A model generated the notes under the pieces. It saw only the letters and a program-made list of their open reading frames with translations, did no database searches and was not told the DNA's origin. DNA of 63,175 nt, counting the filler, from Dimorphilus gyrociliatus (taxonomy: Eukaryota > Animalia > Annelida), in assembly GCA_904063045.1 (NCBI GenBank). It is 4 parts of 4 records of this genome, joined end to end, with 100 filler letters (N's around TTAATTAATTAA, not from the genome) between each part and the next. Parts side by side here need not be neighbours in the genome. Positions count along the whole stretch, not along the records: positions 17,872 to 39,977 come from CAJFCJ010000041.1; positions 40,078 to 56,614 come from CAJFCJ010000205.1; 2 more parts are not named here. The stretch is one strand, 5' to 3'. Below, one piece after another: positions 36,190 through 49,586 of this stretch (its first letter is position 1; every line of letters starts with the position of its first letter). Made by a program: the position numbers and the translations under genes.

Positions 36190-36870
36190 TTTGAAAGATC
36201 AAGTTTTACTATATTTTGATAAGTAATTGAATTAATTATAATCAAAATTGTGCTTTGCATAACATGCATTAATCAGGTATGCTCCCTTTTTTATACTGAT
36301 GTTAAATATGTTAACTGAAGCAATTGATTATTGTTATTAAAGTAAAATACAAGCACAATCAAATATAAAATCCCTATGTTTTCTTGATTGTTGGACTTGC
36401 CCAATAAAATGTGTTAAATCTTATGCAATTCTCCAACCTTTGAAATTTAAATGCTGTTTAGAATTAAAGATTAAATACATCAATATATTTAGAACTTTTC
36501 TTTACCCTAAAATGATACATTTTTTATAAACATTGCAATTTGTGAACTATGGACCCTTAATAGAGGATATTAACCCTACAAAATTAATAGTTTACAGTTC
36601 ACTTTTCTGACCATCAGCTGGTTGCTTAAACATGATTGTTTAGAACAAGAAATTTATTCTACTCAATACGAATTCTTTGGATGAAGTACTGGTATTTTAT
36701 TGTTTATACTTCTGCTGAAATTAAATTTATTAAAACTATTTGTGGATAATCTTAAAAGGTTCTATGTGGTGTGAGTAATTTGATAAATTGGTAAATGATT
36801 GGAGAGGACGAATAGTCTTGGTATTCAGCAGAAATTCCTACATTTTCTATACTACAAAGTACACAAAGAA
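36190..36870 (+). mobile_element. Diverged copy of the LINE RT-derived repeat
   Basis: Shares TTTTCTTGATTGTTGGACTTG...CTCCAACCTT and downstream blocks with the other copies. Confidence 0.7.
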
Positions 36871-39194
36871 ACATTTCACTTTCTTTTTTAATACATTTTA
36901 AAAAAACATCAATTTTACAGTCAACTATGATAAGTTCTTTTTCTTAAGAATTATCTCGAAATGCTTTTGTTACAATTGTAGTGAATTAAAAATTATTTTT
37001 TCAAGAAAACAGTCAAAAAATCTTTTTGTTCAGATTCTATCCTGAGAAGCTTTCATTCCAAAAAAAATAGACAAAATTATTTTCTTTCTCAATTAAATCT
37101 TGATGTTTTCAAGAATTTTATTCATTATTTATTCTCCTATTTTCCATTAGTTGTTAGGTGTGTTTTTATTTTTTCACCTAATAAATCATATATGACATCA
37201 GTGAAGATAATTTAAAAACTTAATAATAATATAAAGGCCAAAATACAAAAAATATAAAGAAAAATTTGAATTAACCATTTGTTTTAACTGTTTCAAATTT
37301 TTCAACAGCAATTTCAACATCTTTTGCTTAAAAAATATTGAACTTTTCAAATCAAGAATATAATTGATTTGGTACTTGTTGTTATAACTTTCTAATGAGG
37401 TGATAGTAAATTCAAAATTTATGCAATTGTTTAATATGGCAGTATAACTGAGAAAAGAATTTTCCTAAAAGTTATAAGTGAGGGAGTATAGAGTAATTTG
37501 AACATCATCTGATTAAATGACTATTATGGTAAACTACAACAGGTTTTTGTTAGAGTAGTCAAATGTTAAATCAAGTTTATGTAAATAAACACTAACTGTT
37601 GTTGTCAATACATATGGATATGTAACATCTTATTTTTTTGTCTCTAAAGGGGATTGATTCTGTTTGCCCAGTACCATAACTTATCTCTATTAAGTGTAAT
37701 CAGCACGGCACAATACTGGTTCAATACTACTTGTCTATTGTAGACTAGAGCTGACAAATGTATATAGACAGTCTCAATGAATATTTTGTAGTTATTGTGC
37801 AGAAAAGTTGAAAGTTAATGATATGATATGTTCAATCTATTATCTTATCTACAAAGATGATAATTACTATTTAAAACATTCATTTATTTAACATTCACCT
37901 AACTGATTTGTAAGTATTTTCAATTTAGGGATTTTGAAAGAAAAAGTAAGCAAAGCAAGAACAATGATTAAAATGAGTCATAAACTAATGAAGAGAGAGA
38001 ATAACTCTTTTATAAGTGCTTGAAAAGAGGATTGAAGAAAATGTAATGATATGGTAAAAAAGTTAGGCACATATGAGAGGAATTGAATTCATTTTAGAGG
38101 GTGCAGGAGCAAATGTCCACAAACTCAAAGTGTTTTATTTCTATTTGTTTTAAAGTTCTCAATAGAACTCAAATCTTAAACACTAGTTCACAGTTTCTTA
38201 TAACTCTCCATTTAGAGATATTACAGTATCCCTGGATTATCAATGGTAAAAATTGAAATAAACAAATGTTTTATCCAACATCCCAGTGAATATCAAGTAT
38301 ATTCACTATTAGTTACCCAAAGTAAGGAAAATCTTATAAATCTATGTGCACAAGTCTTTGTTTTATATCTTAGGCCCTTAACCATTGTTATAACAATTGT
38401 TATAACCATTTTATAGTCGTTTTTTAAAAATCAATAATTCTTCAACTAAAAATTTTGTTGGGAAAAACCATTCAAGTTATAATACTAAACATATCAAATT
38501 ACAGGGAAGTAGAGAAAGTATATTTTCTAGAATCTTCCATTCAACAACCTTGTCAAATATCACTTTATAAAATATTCCAGATCAATAGCAAATTCTATCT
38601 TCCTTATCCACTATAATTTCTAAACAAGGCTAACAAACACAATGCCGAAAAGCCATTTTAGCTGAAAAATGGAGGAAAAACTAGTATGTAGAAGACTTTT
38701 ACAAACTTTACACTGTCTTCCTGTTACACTTTCCGGGCTATCCAATGATTCTGGATGAAAAGCGTAAAAAAACTCAATTACATTAGCATTGCTATCTGGA
38801 TTAGATGAATTTAAATGTTAACTAGTATTCTTATTAATAATTAACTACTAACAAATTAAAAACAAAGTTAATTATTAATAAGATGAGCTGCAAAAATGAA
38901 TATTTTTTTGCAGTTTCTTCAAAAGACCATAGCATTTACCTTTAAATAAACTTGCTTCAATTTTTGATTTTTTTAATACTTTTAAATGTTGAGAATTATC
39001 TTCTACTAATCTTTTGAATTTGTCAATATTTATTTGAAAATTATTATGAATTGATAGAGTATACTTTTTAACATCAGTTTCCAGAGATTGAAGGCAATAA
39101 ATATGATCAGATGATAGTGTTACAGTTACTTAATAGCTGATAACATTTACAGAATTGTGGAAAAGAGTGAAAACATACGAGTGTAAGCAGTTTT

Positions 39195-39977
39195 TTAATT
39201 CTTACAACAAGGATTGGTATTTCGTGGGGAAAAAAAATAATCTTTTGCCAGATTTTGTGTACATGTTGGCAATTGGCCACTTTCCATATTCTCTGTAGAT
39301 TGGTTTGCCCAAAAGTGTACATATCTTGTAACTTCTTTGATAGTTCTCTCATTGCTCTTTTGCAAATAGCACATGGCTAAAATGAATGCTCTAATGAATT
39401 TGCTGCCATCTCTACCTCTGTAGGCTGCCTCTCCTATTTTGGAAAAATTGTAAGATCTTGAAAAGTGTTAAGTAAAGCATAAACACTGTTAGTGAATACC
39501 TTTAATAGTTGCATACATTTCATGAAATTGCTCCTTTTTTGGTGTACTTAGAGTAGAGTATTGTTGGACTGTAGAATGTGTAGGATCTGATTCATTTTCA
39601 GCAGAATTATCTTTATTTAATATTAAGTATTTAATTATTGAAAAACAGTAGATACAACATTAATATACAATATATATGTAAGTGTATTGAAACCAACCTG
39701 TTGCCTCAATTTCTATTATTTGTCTGCAAGCTTGAAAGATAAATATTTTGGGATTATTCCTGAGCAAATGAAAAGAATCAGCATCAAATTGGCTTAATAA
39801 GTCTTCAAATGATAATATATCATTATTGTCTAATAAAATACAATCATTTCCTCCATGAGCTAAAACAACTACAATTAGTGATTTAACTAAGTTGTCTTTA
39901 TTTTTCTCTTCTGTCATTTTGAAATGTGTAATATTTTCCAATAATGTATTTTTATCAACATCTTTCCATTCTTCTCT
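39195..39977 (-). CDS. Caspase, p20 C-terminal part + linker + p10, three exons visible (5' part lost in the gap)
   Basis: VVLAHG (catalytic His) and PKIFIFQACRQ (catalytic Cys). In-frame splicing gives linker IEATD NSAENESD and p10 YATIKGEAAYR.RDGSKFIRAF...QLPTCTQNLAKDYFF. Stop at 39195. Confidence 0.88.
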
Positions 39978-40199
39978 NNNNNNNNNNNNNNNNNNNNNNN
40001 NNNNNNNNNNNNNNNNNNNNNTTAATTAATTAANNNNNNNNNNNNNNNNNNNNNNNNNNNNNNNNNNNNNNNNNNNNTATGTGTACAGAACACTGCTGAT
40101 TATTAACTTAATTTCACTTATGTATAACTGTAGACTTGGTGTAGTTGCTATTAAAAAGTTGTGGGCATTTGACATTAAAGGAAGCATATGTAATTGAGC

Positions 40200-41370
40200 T
40201 TAGAGAACATATACATTTAGAAAGGTATTTATTGCACACATCTTTGATAATTAGACAGATCAAGATAAATCACAACTTATTAATAATACAGATTTACCAA
40301 ATGCAGTAATATTTGAAAAAGTTTTGCTAACTTCAATTGAAGAAATTCTTTCAGTATTAACTATCCAGCTTCCATAATAACACTCAAAAAATGGCATCAT
40401 TAATTGTATTTGCCTCCAGTATACCAAATAAAAAGATAGAATTAGCTCTGAAATTTATACAGATTATTTAAAAGTTCTACACCAGTGGGTTTAATGCAGG
40501 GCAACCACTATACATGTTTGAAGAGACCAGCAATTTTATCCAATCCAGTCCTGTGATATGAGGAAAGCCATTAAACTTTGGCTCTTTTAATCTATGTATA
40601 CCACATACAACTGGTATCAGCAGAGTTTTACTTTTTTACAGAGAAATACTGAATAAATGACTGTTGAGGCAAACAGAAATAGCAAAAATTGGAATTTGTG
40701 ACAAATACACACAGAGTATGATTAAGATGTACAAGATTTGGATTAGTGTTTCATTCACAATTTTGTCAATTTAATCATTATTTTGCCCCACATACATTCG
40801 TCAGCTATACTCTACAATAGAGAAGTAGTATTGAACCAGTATTGTACTATGCAGATAGCACTGATAGAGATAAGCAGTATTCATCTAGTTTCAACAAGGG
40901 CAGTGCATACACATTGTGTGGCAATAAAACCTATTAAATTATATACAGAATATTGCTATTTATGACCTAGCATTAATATTAAAAATTTATTAATCCATAC
41001 ATTTAGGATTTTGGACTAAAAGTAGTGGAATTAAATATGAATTATGCTTAAATTCTAAGTTTAGATTATATTCACTATCCAACAGTATTGTGTATACAAT
41101 ACTGTTCTACTTAACATGCATTAATCAGATATACTTCCTCCTTATATGCTGATGCTAAAATTACTAACTTAATCAATTAAATATCATTGTTCAAGTAGAA
41201 TATAAAATTGGTCAAATAAACAATTCACATGTTTTCTTGATTGTTGGACTAGTCCTATTAAAATTGTTACATCTTATGCAACTCTCCAACCTTCAAAATT
41301 CAACTATTATTTAGAAGAGAAAAATAATCAAAACATGAGCATATTTACAACTTTTCTTTGTCTTGAAGCT
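40200..41370 (+). mobile_element. Longest copy of the decayed LINE RT
   Basis: Relics of RT motifs: QLYSTIEK, AVFI.F...VW, NSIV.TILF (from GSVLGPILF), LYAD(D)AKI with one Asp lost; many stops. The 5' limit is approximate. Confidence 0.65.
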
Positions 41371-41422
41371 TCCTTTATTGATGTTTATAAAAAAACTATT
41401 ATCTGAAAGAATGTTGAAGAAA

Positions 41423-43005
41423 GGATGTGACAGAAAACGTCCATGAAAGAAAACATCCATAAACCAAAACAGAATGTCCATAAACTGAAAGAAAATGTCC
41501 ATGAACCAAAAGAAAACATAAAATTAAAATAAATTTCATTTAAGTGTAAATATATGTTGAAAAACAAATTAACAGAATGGTTATAAAAACTGGTAGAGAT
41601 GAAAAAATCTTCAGGAAAAGAGATACAAAATGTCAACTTTCTTTTCTATTTTCACTCTCTTGAGGTAATATGAAATTTAAAATTTTTAAAGTTTTTGTTG
41701 TTTCATTAATCTTTGTGATTAAAAAATTGTTGATTATTTTATTAATAATCAATCTAAACATAAATTTAGCAATTTTGTTTCTTAATGATTTTTTTTTTCA
41801 ATGTTATTGTCATAATACTAATTGCTATATGAATAATGATAATAGTGATATCACCAATTAACTTATTAATTTTAATTTAGCACTTTTTCTGGAATATTTT
41901 AGAAAAAAATATTGAATAATGGACAATTGTTCTATTTGCAATGATAAATTTTTGGTAGGCAAATAAAAGGCCAATGCTCATTGTGTCTGCATATTTGTCA
42001 TATAAAATGTCTGCAAGGTTTGTCTTATCGTTTTTGAAAAACACATATTTAATATTTTTTCTTATAGATTCATCAACAGAATCACCACTCTATTTGAGTT
42101 GTTTTAAAATAACTAAAATATCATGTTTGTGATTAAAGAGAATTGATGATCCAGAAAAACAAAGGAATGTGTTGTAAAGAATATTAACTCTATTGTAAAA
42201 CCTAATGAGGAAAAAGAAAAAAAAATTGATTTTTTGGAAAAGAATATTGAGAACAATAACAAGATAAAGGAGGAAAAATTATATGTGGAAGAGAAAGGAG
42301 AGATTAGTCAAGGACAAAAAAAAGTACTGAAGAATTCACAGATGAATTGAGATTATCTTTATCTTGGAGTAGCAATGACATTTCAGATGAAAGTATGGTT
42401 GGCAAAGAAAATATCATTAATGGAAGTGACATTGAATATGATAATGAAATTGAAGTTGAAAATTTTGAAACAATTCAAAATGCACATATAGAATCTGCAA
42501 AAATTGAGGAAGAATCTTTTGAAAGTGAAACATCTGCCAAAGAAAATTCTTCTGATGATTTTCATTTTAAAATTCTGCCACATGGAAGTCAAAAAGGCAA
42601 AGACTTACTGTTTCACAAAGGTTTTTCATATACTATTAAATGAAAAACAAAAACAACTACTGTATGGACTTGTTCTGTCAGAAGAAAAAAAAGAAAATGT
42701 AAAGCAAGCATCAATCAAAAAGGAAGCAATTTTGCAATTGGGACAAACATTCATTGTCATTCACCAATAAAAAATTTAAAAACCAGGATTCGTATAAGAA
42801 ATGAAATCAAAGACAATTGTTCTAGTGATATCAATTCTTCAGGTAAAAGAATTGCTGTAAATGTTCTGGTCAAGTATTCTAGTGCTTCAAACTTATCAAA
42901 TATAATTAATTGTAAAGAAGTGGCAAATTGGAATAGAAGGAAGAACAGGCCTATTGTACCCAATGATAAAAACTTTGAGCTGAATATGATATTCATTCCT
43001 AGTAG
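41423..43005 (+). mobile_element. Decayed MULE: TIR repeats, PHD-like finger, acidic linker, FLYWCH, truncated by an LTR fragment
   Basis: GGATGTGACAGAAAACGTCC tandem units. MDNCSIC...QCSLCLHICHIKC (frameshifted). GSQKGKDLLFHKGFSYTIK...WTC...C...H.H. Confidence 0.85.
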
Positions 43006-44488
43006 ATAGTTCGTAATAGCAGGTTGCAAAATTACCAAACTGTCTTCCAATGTTGAGGAGTAGATGGATGGTTCCAGTAGAGGTTGTTTCCAGGTTATCT
43101 TCCCAGGTCCTTGGGTCCAGATGGAAGCTGCATGCTGAATGAGAAAAATGAAGATTTATATACTCTGAGGTTTGCCTCTGACATCCAATCATCACTTTAC
43201 AGTTGCCGAAATGTGTAGTTCATATTTATGTTTAGTAAGAGGATGTTACAAGGTTGAACATTTAGGAAGGTTAATTGAATTATAACTTGGCCACACCCTA
43301 GGCAAGTTAATTAAATTATAACTTGGTCAAACCTTTATTGGTAATTAAAGATGAGCCTTGAAGCTGACTAATCAGACTTATGTTTGGCCAATGTTATAGC
43401 ATTTTCTTAAGATGTACATGTATAAGTTGCATAAAATAGTAGAGTTCAAGCATGTTAAATATAACCAAGGTTGTACATTATAATAAAGATTTAGTAATTT
43501 TTGTTAAATTATAGATGAAAAGCAAACTACAAATTCTGCCTACATTAGTTCATTTGTGTACTTTGTTGTATTGTAATTGTAGGAATTTCTGGTTCGTCAC
43601 AACTGTAATCGTCCTTTCCAATCATTTACCAACTTGCCAAAGTACTGTCCAAATAGAACCTTTAAAGTTTGTCCACAAATAGTCTAACAAAGGCAATTTC
43701 GGTAGAAATTGATCAACAAAACACCAGTATTTCGTCCAAAGAATGTATTGAGTAAAATGAGCTTCTAGTTCTAAACAAGCTAGTTTAAACAACTAGCTGA
43801 TGGTTAGAAAACTGAACTATCAACTGTTAATTTCGTAGGGTTTATATACTCTTTTAAGGGTTGATAGTTCACAAATTTCAATGTTCACAAAAACAAAAGT
43901 AACATTTGAAGACAAAGAAAAGTTCTAAATATGGTCATGTTTTTATTGTTTTCCTCTTCTAAATAATAGTTGAATTTCGAAGGTTGGAGAGTTGCATAAG
44001 ATGTAACAATTTTAGTAGGACAAGTCCAACAATCAAGAAAACATGTAGATTGTATATTTGACCGTTTTTATATTCTACCTTAATAATGATATTCAATTGA
44101 TTGAGTTAGTAAATTTAGCATGAGCATATAAGGAGGAAGTATATCTGATTAATGCATGTTAACAAGAACAGTATTGTGTATACAATACTGTTGAATAGTG
44201 AATATAATCTAAACTTAGAATTTAAGCATAATTGATAATTAATTCAACTAGTTTTAGTTCGAAATCATAAATTTATGGATTAATAAATTGTAATATTAAT
44301 GCTAGGTTGCAAATAGCAAATATTCTTTATATAATTCAATAGGTTTTATTACTGCATAACGTGTATGCACTGCCCTATGCGAAACTAGGTCACTACTGCT
44401 TATCTTTATCAGTGCTATCTGCATAGTACAATACTGGTTCAATACTACTTCTCTATTGTAGAATATAGCTGACGAATGTATGTGTACA

Positions 44489-45355
44489 ATTTGAAACCTG
44501 TTTTTTTTTAAATGTAGATTTAATTCAAGAAATTTCTAAATCAATGCTTAACAATAGCATTGAGTTCGCTTGAGTCACTATACTATCATCTTGATGAACA
44601 TCAATACAGTCAGTTTCCTTTACCTTTATAAATACTCTATATTAGGAGCCTTCTAAAATTCAAAAAAAAAATGAATAGAATTAGGCCTAATAGCCATGTG
44701 ATTTACCACATGACAATGCCAGATCAGATATCAGTCTATAAACTCCCCAAAATCATCAGAATGATGATGAATTGAAAAAAGGAGTAATGGCACTTTTTAG
44801 GTGCAAACTGCCTGAATACTTTGCCAAAGGAATTGATATGATTCCTGCCAGGTGGCAAACTTGCATTGACAATAATTGGGAATACAGAGCTAAATAGACG
44901 GGCCAACAGAAAATTCCCCAAGTGAGATATTTGAAATATCATTTCGGATTGAACAATGTTTAGGAGGAACAAAGTAGCTACTGTTTTTTGTAGTTAGGGG
45001 AGTTCCATCTAAGGGTTAAGGGTAATCAAAAAGCTTAGGAGAGACAAGAGCCAGGCTAGGGTTAGAGTTAAACCATACATTTTGAAATGTTTTCTGTTGC
45101 AACCAATTAGACATACTTATGACATAATTAAAGATTTATGAACAAGCATTTTGTGAATTTTTTTAAATTAAGTTTATTTTTCAATAGTCCCTTTCATAGT
45201 CTACACTTTTAGACTTACCAAATAGAAGACAAGTGTAGACTAGCATTTTGTCCTAAAATAGTATTGTGACTCAAGTGAACTCAATGCTATTGTTAACCAT
45301 TGATTCAGAAATTTCTTGAATTAAATCTTCTTTTAAAAAAAAACAGGTTTCAAAT
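44489..45355. mobile_element. ~870-bp element bounded by ~97-bp imperfect inverted repeats, carrying a mariner fragment (44708-44892, HDNAR...RWQTCID) and half of a MULE MITE
   Basis: ATTTGAAACCTGTTTT...GAGTCACTATACTAT is mirrored by ATAGTATTGTGACTC...AAAACAGGTTTCAAAT. No TSD found. Confidence 0.75.
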
Positions 45356-46004
45356 GAACTAATGTAGGCAGAATTTGTAGTTTGCTTTTCATCTATAATT
45401 TAACAAAAATTACTAAATCTTTATTATAACAAAAACAAATTCTTTAAGTAGTTTTCTCCTGAAAACTCCATTAAAGTTCTGTATAAAACTCACTTCGATA
45501 TCCTCGCATTTAAAACTTAGTCACAAAGGGTAGGTAAAATCCATAGCATTTTTCATAGTCTTTGAACCTCATATCCTTACATTTTAACAATGATTGTGTT
45601 ATAAATCTTTTTTAGCCATGTCAAAAATTCAGTTTTCCGCTTAATTTTACAATCTTGCCCTGGAAAGAGGAGAATTCAGGCCATTTTTAACTTACAAAAA
45701 TTTAAAATTCACCCTATATCATTACATATGAATGACTGTGTAATTTTTTTTGAAAGCCACCTTCAGAAGTTAAACATGTCTATTATATAGTGTCTTTTCT
45801 TTAATGGGAGAGATCTAGTTTAAAAAACTACGTGATATTGGAATAGGCTTTCTTGACATCACTTGAATACGAACAATTAAAACTTTGCTCTAGTTTAACA
45901 TAATAGGTAAATAATTTGTTTAATAAAAGTTTGTTATATGCCTTATTTCACAAGGGAACTTTATATAAGCATCAAATTCATGCTACATTCTCAAAACAGA
46001 AAAA

Positions 46005-47148
46005 ATGGAGAACAGTCATTTTAAAGGAGAAAATGTTGCTAAGCACTACAAAAGTTTTCGACCATCCTATCCAGAATCTTTGAGTAAAAGTATTCTTGAA
46101 TTTTTGGATGAAAAAGTTAATATATTTTTTGTCTCTTAATTTTTTTAAGCAATTTTTTTATATAAAGATATTTTTTTCTCTTAAAAGCTTCCAAAAGATT
46201 TAGCAAGGAAATTAGCATTAGATGTTGGATGTGGATCTGGGCAAAGTATAGAATGTGTTGCTCCATTTTTTGAAAAAGTTATTGGTATTGATATCAGTGA
46301 AGATCAGATAATAAAAGGAAGGGAAAATAACATTTTTAAAAATGTTGAATATGTGTAAGTTGAAGACCAAATATAGTCATGTTTGTAAAAAATTTATTTT
46401 ATTAATAATAATACCATATAGAGTTGGAACTTTTAAGGAATTACCAGCTGAAGACAACTCAGTTTCATTAGTAATTTGTGGAACAACCGTTCATTGGTTT
46501 AACCCAATTGAAGAGTTTTATGCAGAAGTTAAAAGAGTTCTTGTACCAGGTGGTTGCCTAGCAATATTTGCCTACTCTAAATCTTTTATAACTGGATTGC
46601 CCAAACCTTTGAATCATCATCTAAACTTATTTTTTACCAATGTAAGAAAGATTTATACACAATATTTTTTATTATATAGCAATTTAAAAGGATTTTTTTT
46701 AAATAGGTTTTGAATAAAATAGCTTATGAAGCTCCAAAAGAAATTAAGATTCTTTTTGACAACTATGAAAATCTTGAAATGCCATTTGAAGATGTAACTA
46801 GGTATTTTATATAGCATTTACTTTAACATTACTAATTCATTTTCTTTTCTTATAGAGATAATTCAGTAATGATGACGAAAGAATTGACTTTTGATAAATT
46901 TGCTGGCTTTTACAAAACTACTACTTTATATAAGGCATACAAAGAAAAATATCATTCGGATCCATTAGAAGAAAACAGAACTTTGTAAGTTTAAAATCAA
47001 ACAACTAATGAAAAAAGATAATTTGTTTTTGTTACATTTTCTATATAGACTTGAAGAAATACAGAATGATAAGCACTTCAGTAATAACACAAAATTTGAG
47101 GTCACATGGCCAATTTCCACTATTTATGGGAGAAAATGTAAAGGTTAA
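46005..47148 (+). CDS. Class I SAM-dependent methyltransferase (Methyltransf_11, Tmt1/Crg1-like), 6 exons, intact
   Basis: YKSFRPSYP; motif I ALDVGCGSGQ; IGIDISEDQI; HWFNPIEEFYAEVKRVLVPGGCLAIF. All introns are GT-AG and the frame is preserved to TAA 47146-47148. Confidence 0.93.
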
Positions 47149-49586
47149 ATTATTGTTTTCAATTCTTTAAGGTTTTTTTGGATGTTCAAAAAACCATACA
47201 GTTTTGGTGTTGTTACTCTAACTGATAAGCCAGTAATGGATTTTATTCCAAATGCTTCATAGCTGCTAACCTTACTAAATATATATCAACTGTTTTAATA
47301 ATTGTCTTAACACATTTCCAATCAAATATTTTATAAAACAATAACCCTCATATGAGTTATCAATGACTTTTTATCTGGAAAATAAAATTGGAAATTTTTT
47401 TACCAATTGTACTTTGTTGTATTGTAATTGTAGGAATCTCTAGCTTATCAAATTCGAATTCGTCCTCACCAATCATTTACCAATGTACCAAAGTACTGGT
47501 CCAAATAGAACCTTTCAAGTTCGTCCACAAGTTGTCTCAACAAATGAAACTTTACAAGAAATTTACCAACAAAACAGCAGTATTTTGTTCAAAGAGAATT
47601 TATTAAGTAAATGAGTTTCTAGTTCAAAACAAGCAAGTTTTAACACAAAGTTAGCTGTTAGAAAACTGAACCGCCTACTGATAAATTCATAGGCTTTATA
47701 TACTTTTCCAAAAGTTGACAATTCACAGATAAAAATATCTACACAAAACAAATGCATCATTATGGATAAAAGGAAAGTTCAAATATGGTTCCATATTTGT
47801 TAACTTTGCTTTGTTAAGGAAAACTGTTGTCAATAGGTCAGAAAATTGCATAAGATGTAACAATTTTTGGTAAATGTTGGATTGGTTCCAACACACAAAA
47901 ATAGACAGAAGGAAGAACAGGCCTATTGTACCCAATGATAAAAACTTTGAGCTGAATATGATATTCATTCCTAGTAGATAGTTTGTAATAGCAGGTTGCA
48001 AAATTACCAAACTGTCTTCCAATGTTGAGGAGTAGATGGATGGTTCCAGTGGAGGTTGTTTCCAGGTTATCTTCCCAGGTCCTTGGGTCCAGATGGAAGC
48101 TGCATGCCGAATGAGAAAAATGAAGATTTATATACTCTGAGGTTTGCCTCTGACATCCAATCATCACTTTACAGTTGCCAAAATGTGTAGTTCATATTTA
48201 TGTTTAGTAAGAGGATGTTACAAGGTTGAACATTTAGGAAGGTTAATTGAATTATAACTTGTCCACACCCTAGGCAAGTTAATTAAATTATAACTTGGTC
48301 AAACCTTTATTGGTAATTAAAGATGAGCCTTGAAGCTGACTAATCAGACTTATGTTTGGCCAATGTTATAGCATTTTCTTAAGATGTACATGTATAAGTT
48401 GCATAAAATAGTAGAGTTCAAGCATGTTAAATATAACCAAGGTTGTACATTATAATAAAGATTTAGTAATTTTTGTTAAATATAGATGAAAAGCAAACTA
48501 CAAATTCTGCCTACATTAGTTCATTTGTGTACTTTGTTGTATTGTAATTGTAGGAATTTCTGGTTCGTCACAACTGTAATCGTCCTTTCCAATCATTTAC
48601 CAACTTGCCAAAGTACTGGTCCAAATAGAACCTTTAAAGTTCGTCCACAAATAGTCTAACAAAGGCAATTTCGGTAGAAATTGATTAACAAAACACCAGT
48701 ATTTCGTCCAAAGAATATGTATTGAGTAAAATGAGCTTCTAGTTCTAAACAAGCTAGTTTAAACAACTAGCTGACGGTTAGAAAACTGAACTATCAACTG
48801 TTAATTTCGTAGGGTTTATATACTCTTTTAAGGGTTGATAGTTCACAAATTTCAATGTTCACAAAAACAAAAGTAACATTTGAAGACAAAGAAAAGTTCT
48901 AAATATGGTCATGTTTTTATTGTTTTCCTCTTCTAAATAATAGTTGAATTTCGAAGGTTGGAGAGTTGCATAAGATGTAACAATTTTAGTAGGACAAGTC
49001 CAACAATCAAGAAAACATGTAGATTGTATATTTGACCGTTTTTATATTCTACCTTAATAATGATATTCAATTGATTGAGTTAGTAAATTTAGCATCAGCA
49101 TATAAGGAGGAAGTATATCTGATTAATGCATGTTAAAAAGAACAGTATTGTATACACAATACTGTTGAATAGTGAATATAATCTAACCTTAGAATTTAAG
49201 CATAATTGATAATTAATTGAACTAGTTTTAGTTTGAAATCATAAATTTATGGATTAATAAATTGTAATATTAATGCTAGGTTGCAAATAGCAAATATTCT
49301 TTATATAATTCAATAGGTTTTATTACTGCATAATGTGTATGCACTGCCCTATGCGAAACTAGGTCACTACTGCTTATCTTTATCAGTGCTATCTGCATAG
49401 TACAATACTGGTTCAATACTACTTCTCTATTGTAGAATATAGCTGACGAATGTATGTGTACATTATTCTTACAGTTTGGTTCTATATTCATCCTTCATCA
49501 ATTCTACATCTCTCTTCTAAGTGGCTTACTCCTGGTTCGGTTCTATTTGGACCAGTACTTACCTACAACCTCAACAGGAAAGTACA

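Larger units (their letters stand above)
42935..49462 (+). repeat. 1.55-kb near-identical direct duplication (42935-44488 and 47907-49462)
   Basis: Colinear by eye with scattered substitutions. The unit is a MULE piece + LTR piece + LINE piece. Confidence 0.95.

Noticed and set aside
39107-39410. Apparent RING/B-box (CAIC...CQH...FCKC) suggesting a TRIM relic
   Set aside because: It is an alternative frame of the caspase p10 exon. The caspase frame gives far better motifs and splices in frame.
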